This document shows positions 60,682 to 64,000 of a stretch of DNA of 64,000 nt, one piece after another. The position numbers and the translations under genes are program-made. The notes under the pieces were generated by a model, which saw only the letters and a list, made by a program, of their open reading frames with translations, was not told the DNA's origin and did no database searches. Source of the stretch: Sarea resinae. Lineage: Eukaryota. The stretch's first letter is position 1, and each line of letters opens with the position of its first letter. The stretch lies in contig JAPEUD010000009.1 in NCBI GenBank assembly GCA_026026165.1, positions 1 through 64,000 of the forward strand. The letters run 5' to 3'.

Positions 60682-61924
60682 TCATATCTGTAACACCGTC
60701 TGCTGCTGCTGCTGGGCCTCGCTCTGACTGGCAAGATAAGCGCCAGGTATCCCGTTGAGCGAGGGCTCCGTCACCGGCCTCGAATTCGGCTGCGAAGGCT
60801 CCGTGGCTATATGCGGATCGGGGATTTGAATGTCCAGCTACAGTGACACTATCAGTAAACGAAGAGATTGGCAATAACAGAAACCCTACAGTCATATATC
60901 CGGTCCTCCGCAGCGGCACGATCCGTACACCCTCGCGATCGCCGACATCGTTGTTCCAGCTCTCGATCCAGCTCTCCAGAGCCCTCAATCGGCGCTTGAC
61001 CCGTGCGAACCCCAGATCATCCCACACCCAAAACGTCAAGAGACCCACGCATCCGTCGACCCAATTCCATTTGTTGTACGGATCGAAGACTTCGATCAAC
61101 TCGTCGTTCAACTTCCGGATGATCTTGCGAAATTGGTCTTCCGGCAGCATGGGATCGAGGATCTCGGGGTACATGTTGGAAAAGGTCGGGGCGAGGTCTC
61201 CAGCGACCATCCAGTCTCGCTTTATGCGGATGATGCGCGTGGAGCTGTAGAGGGGCGATGAGAGAGGAACGTGGGGATTCGGATGCGGGAAACACGGATG
61301 AGAAGGGCCCCATGCGAAGTCGTCGCCGCCATCATCGGCGGTGTTTTCTTCACCCGTCCCGTCGGCGCGGCCGGTGGGAGAGAGGCCGAATGATGCTTGG
61401 GACCGGTTCGACTGAGAGGCGGGTATCGTGGCGCGCGACGGAATCGGATCGAGTTTGCCACCCTGCTCGAGGTCCACATGCACGGCCACAGGATCCTGCA
61501 GCTGAGGTGCTGCGGCATCCTTTCCTTGCTTGTCCATAGCTAAAGCCTCGACGGCCTTTCGTCGATTACTCGGCAAGCCGACGCTTTCCCTGCGACTGTC
61601 ACCGTCGCCCACGCCCGAGCTCTCGACGTACAACGAACTGGCAAGCTGTCTGCTTCTCCTCTGCTCATCCAAGGTCAGCAGCGGATAAGAATCCCTGCTG
61701 TCGCCAGGCTTCGCGCCCTCGGCGATCTGGGGGTGCTGCAGGCGAACGGCGGGAAGGACGAATTCGCGGGGAGCGTGATTGATGGGGTTCAGAAGGCGCG
61801 AGGCCGGTGTGCGATGGGGAGGAGAGTCTCGAGCTCCGCCGAAGAGCCGATGTCCCAGGCTCCAGCGAGCGGGTTGGGCGGTACTCAGGTAGACGGGCTC
61901 TGGTCGAGTGTGAGTGTGAGTCAA
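60682..61924 (-). CDS. ERF4: Ras palmitoyltransferase subunit Erf4 (Golgin A7/ERF4 domain); start codon uncertain
   Basis: WGPSHPCFPHPNPHVP..TRIIRIKRDW..GDLAPTFSN.YPEILD..IVPLRRTGYMT|LDIQIPDP. Intron 60838-60889, stop at 60682-60684. The first in-frame ATG is at 61537, but the frame is open to 62059. Confidence 0.85.
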
Positions 61925-63534
61925 GGCCTGCGACGGTGGTTTGCCTCTGGGATCGATTGTCCCTGTTCCTGCCGACGCTCCTCCACCTGGAACAGTCGAA
62001 TGAGCCGTCGTCGTGTCGGTGAGCGGTTGGAGGGGTGACGGAGAGGATGGGGAGGGCTGTCAGAGGAGCAAGAGGAGCAATCGTGGCAGTGGTACTCTCT
62101 CTCTCTCTACTCCTGGGGACGAAGTCGAATAGTCGAATACAGGTCTACTACGGTATCACTAGTAAATCAGTAATCTCGCCTGTAGGGGGATGCACGGCCG
62201 TCGACCTGAAAGGGGAATCGCGACTTTAGCGAGAGACGAAGACCGGCTCAGTCGAGTCGAGTCAGGTCGAGCAGAACAGAATCGAGAACGGATTGACGAT
62301 TCTCGAAAAGATGGTGAGAGCTGTCAGAGGGCTCTATCACGGCGTTTTCAGTACAAGTCGAGTAAGCCTTAGTGACGCGGTCAAAGAGAAGCCGTCATGA
62401 ATTGCCCGTGGTGATCTAGTGAATTAGTGACGATGACGAAAAATGCAAAAGTGCGGGACGGGTTCTCTTTTTCTGCTTTCTTCCATGGCCTCATATGATT
62501 TCCACCCCACACCTCGCACCTACAGTACTACATAAGTAGGTGGAAATGCAAGTGCACGAGAATCATCAATGTCAAACGCACGAACAACGAGGCCCTGGAC
62601 GGACGTCGTATCGCATTCCTGGTTAGTATTCGACCCGGTAGGGTTAGTTCGTAGCCGACGGACTGCATACTATGTATGTCGTTCATCACACCGCATCCAT
62701 CAAACAGCCACTCAAGGCAATCGTAATTCCACCCGGGAAACACATACATAGTAGAACATAACCCCATCCCATATCATTTGATCATAAGAGACGCCTCTTC
62801 ACGGAGCATTTCATATTGATTCCTATATACTGACGAGTAGACTATATACGACCGTACTACCGAGAATCTCCATACCCACACTCGTCTCGGAGACCGACGA
62901 CGACTGGCCAGCTATACTACTCCCTCGACCTTCCCCCCGACCGACACACCAACTAGCTGCACCGAAAGAATAAACGAGGCAAAGACGACCTTTTTGTCAC
63001 TCTTCCTTCGTCTGATCGTAAGAGGTCGGAACTTTTGCCTTCGAGATGATAGACGAAGAAGCAGGAGAACCAAAAGCGGGCCTCCCCAAGGGATGGAAGA
63101 AGCAATAGAAGAGAAAGGAGACAGAGAGACAAGGACAGAGGGAGGAGGGGAAAGTCAGCGAATATAAAAGAACGATAGCTCGAGGAGCGTGTATGTATTT
63201 ATAAAAGAGTGAGAGTGCCAGGGCCGTATAGAATGATCCGATGCAAATAGACATGAACAGTTACCTCGTACCTAGAATCTTAGGCAAAGTTTTTCTCCCT
63301 TCAACGCCCGAGCCAGGCCGTAAAATAGCCCATGCCTTGAAAAAGTAAGTAGTGCCCAAAGTAATAATCGCTAAGCCATCGTGTGTACGTGTAAAAGTTG
63401 GCTTCCCAGCCGTAATTGAAGCATAAAAAATGTCCAGCCGCAACAAGCATGGACCGAAACAGAAGCGAAATCGGAAAACCGAGCAAACCGAGAAGACTGA
63501 GCAGGAGACGATATGGGCGGGAGTGGCCATAAGA

Positions 63535-64000
63535 CTATGATCCTGTAACGTGCTTGTTTGCACTCGCCTGCATCCTCCTCATAGCCTCTTTATGCAGATC
63601 CAACATATCACCTCTTCGCATCCGCTCATCGAGCATGTTGTCTCGCTGCTGCGCAGCTATGGCCTGTTGCTGCTGATTCACGAGCCTCTGATTGCGATCG
63701 TTCAACATGTCGGCGCGCGCGGCTTCGGCTTTGACGACGGGTTGCTGGTGCGAGGAGACATCCTGGCGAAGGGAGCTGCGCCACGTCGCGAGCATGGTCT
63801 CGCGTTTGTCGGTCGAGATGTGCGAAGTGGATCGTTTGGGTTGGTGCGAGTCAAAGGTCTCGCCGTTCACGATCTTAGGCAACATTGTTGCTGGAGACGG
63901 GGACGGAGTCTGTTCGCGCTGGAGAAGTTGTTGTGTCTGCTGGCGGCGACGGATGATTTCTTTGCGTTCGGCAAGAGGCAGATCGTCGTCGTCGAAGAAT
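63535..64000 (-). CDS. 3' end of a fungal hypothetical protein (truncated by the window edge)
   Basis: Frame open to the window end: DDDDLPLAERK..FDSHQPKR..KRETMLATWRSSL..MLDERMRRGDMLDLHKEAMRRMQASAN. Confidence 0.8.
   Translation of the reverse strand, partial: FFDDDDLPLAERKEIIRRRQQTQQLLQREQTPSPSPATMLPKIVNGETFDSHQPKRSTSHISTDKRETMLATWRSSLRQDVSSHQQPVVKAEAARADMLNDRNQRLVNQQQQAIAAQQRDNMLDERMRRGDMLDLHKEAMRRMQASANKHVTGS

Overview
Eukaryotic DNA from a filamentous ascomycete (Pezizomycotina), judged by short spliceosomal introns with CTRAY-type branch sites and typical fungal protein families. I can support 16 protein-coding genes. In order: a LaeA/TAM-like methyltransferase, SEC12, RIX1, YPP1/Rhf1, CLA4 PAK kinase, a Cys-rich GPI-type cell-wall protein, a lipid-droplet hydrolase, DCP1, an OCRL/INPP5B-like 5-phosphatase, alpha-actinin, a ~2,200-aa ATRX-like SNF2 ATPase, a T5orf172/DUF1766 protein, two hypotheticals, a CRIB protein and ERF4. 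A 17th gene is truncated by the right edge. Exon structures were read by hand. I found no tRNA, rRNA, intact transposon or CRISPR array, and nothing here is demonstrably a new multi-gene system. The best leads are: nine tandem '(N)xDGIEEYFDW' repeats directly before the CRIB motif; two Asf1-binding B-domain-like motifs plus a SAM-like N-terminus in the SNF2 ATPase; an obligatory GC-AG intron with an unusual GCCAGT donor in alpha-actinin; a long AUG-less in-frame 5' extension of ERF4; recurrent intergenic GTAC-type palindromes; and a patchy composition in which microsatellite/TpA-rich islands are flanked by GC-rich, low-complexity coding ends. All family assignments come from recalled motifs, not database searches.
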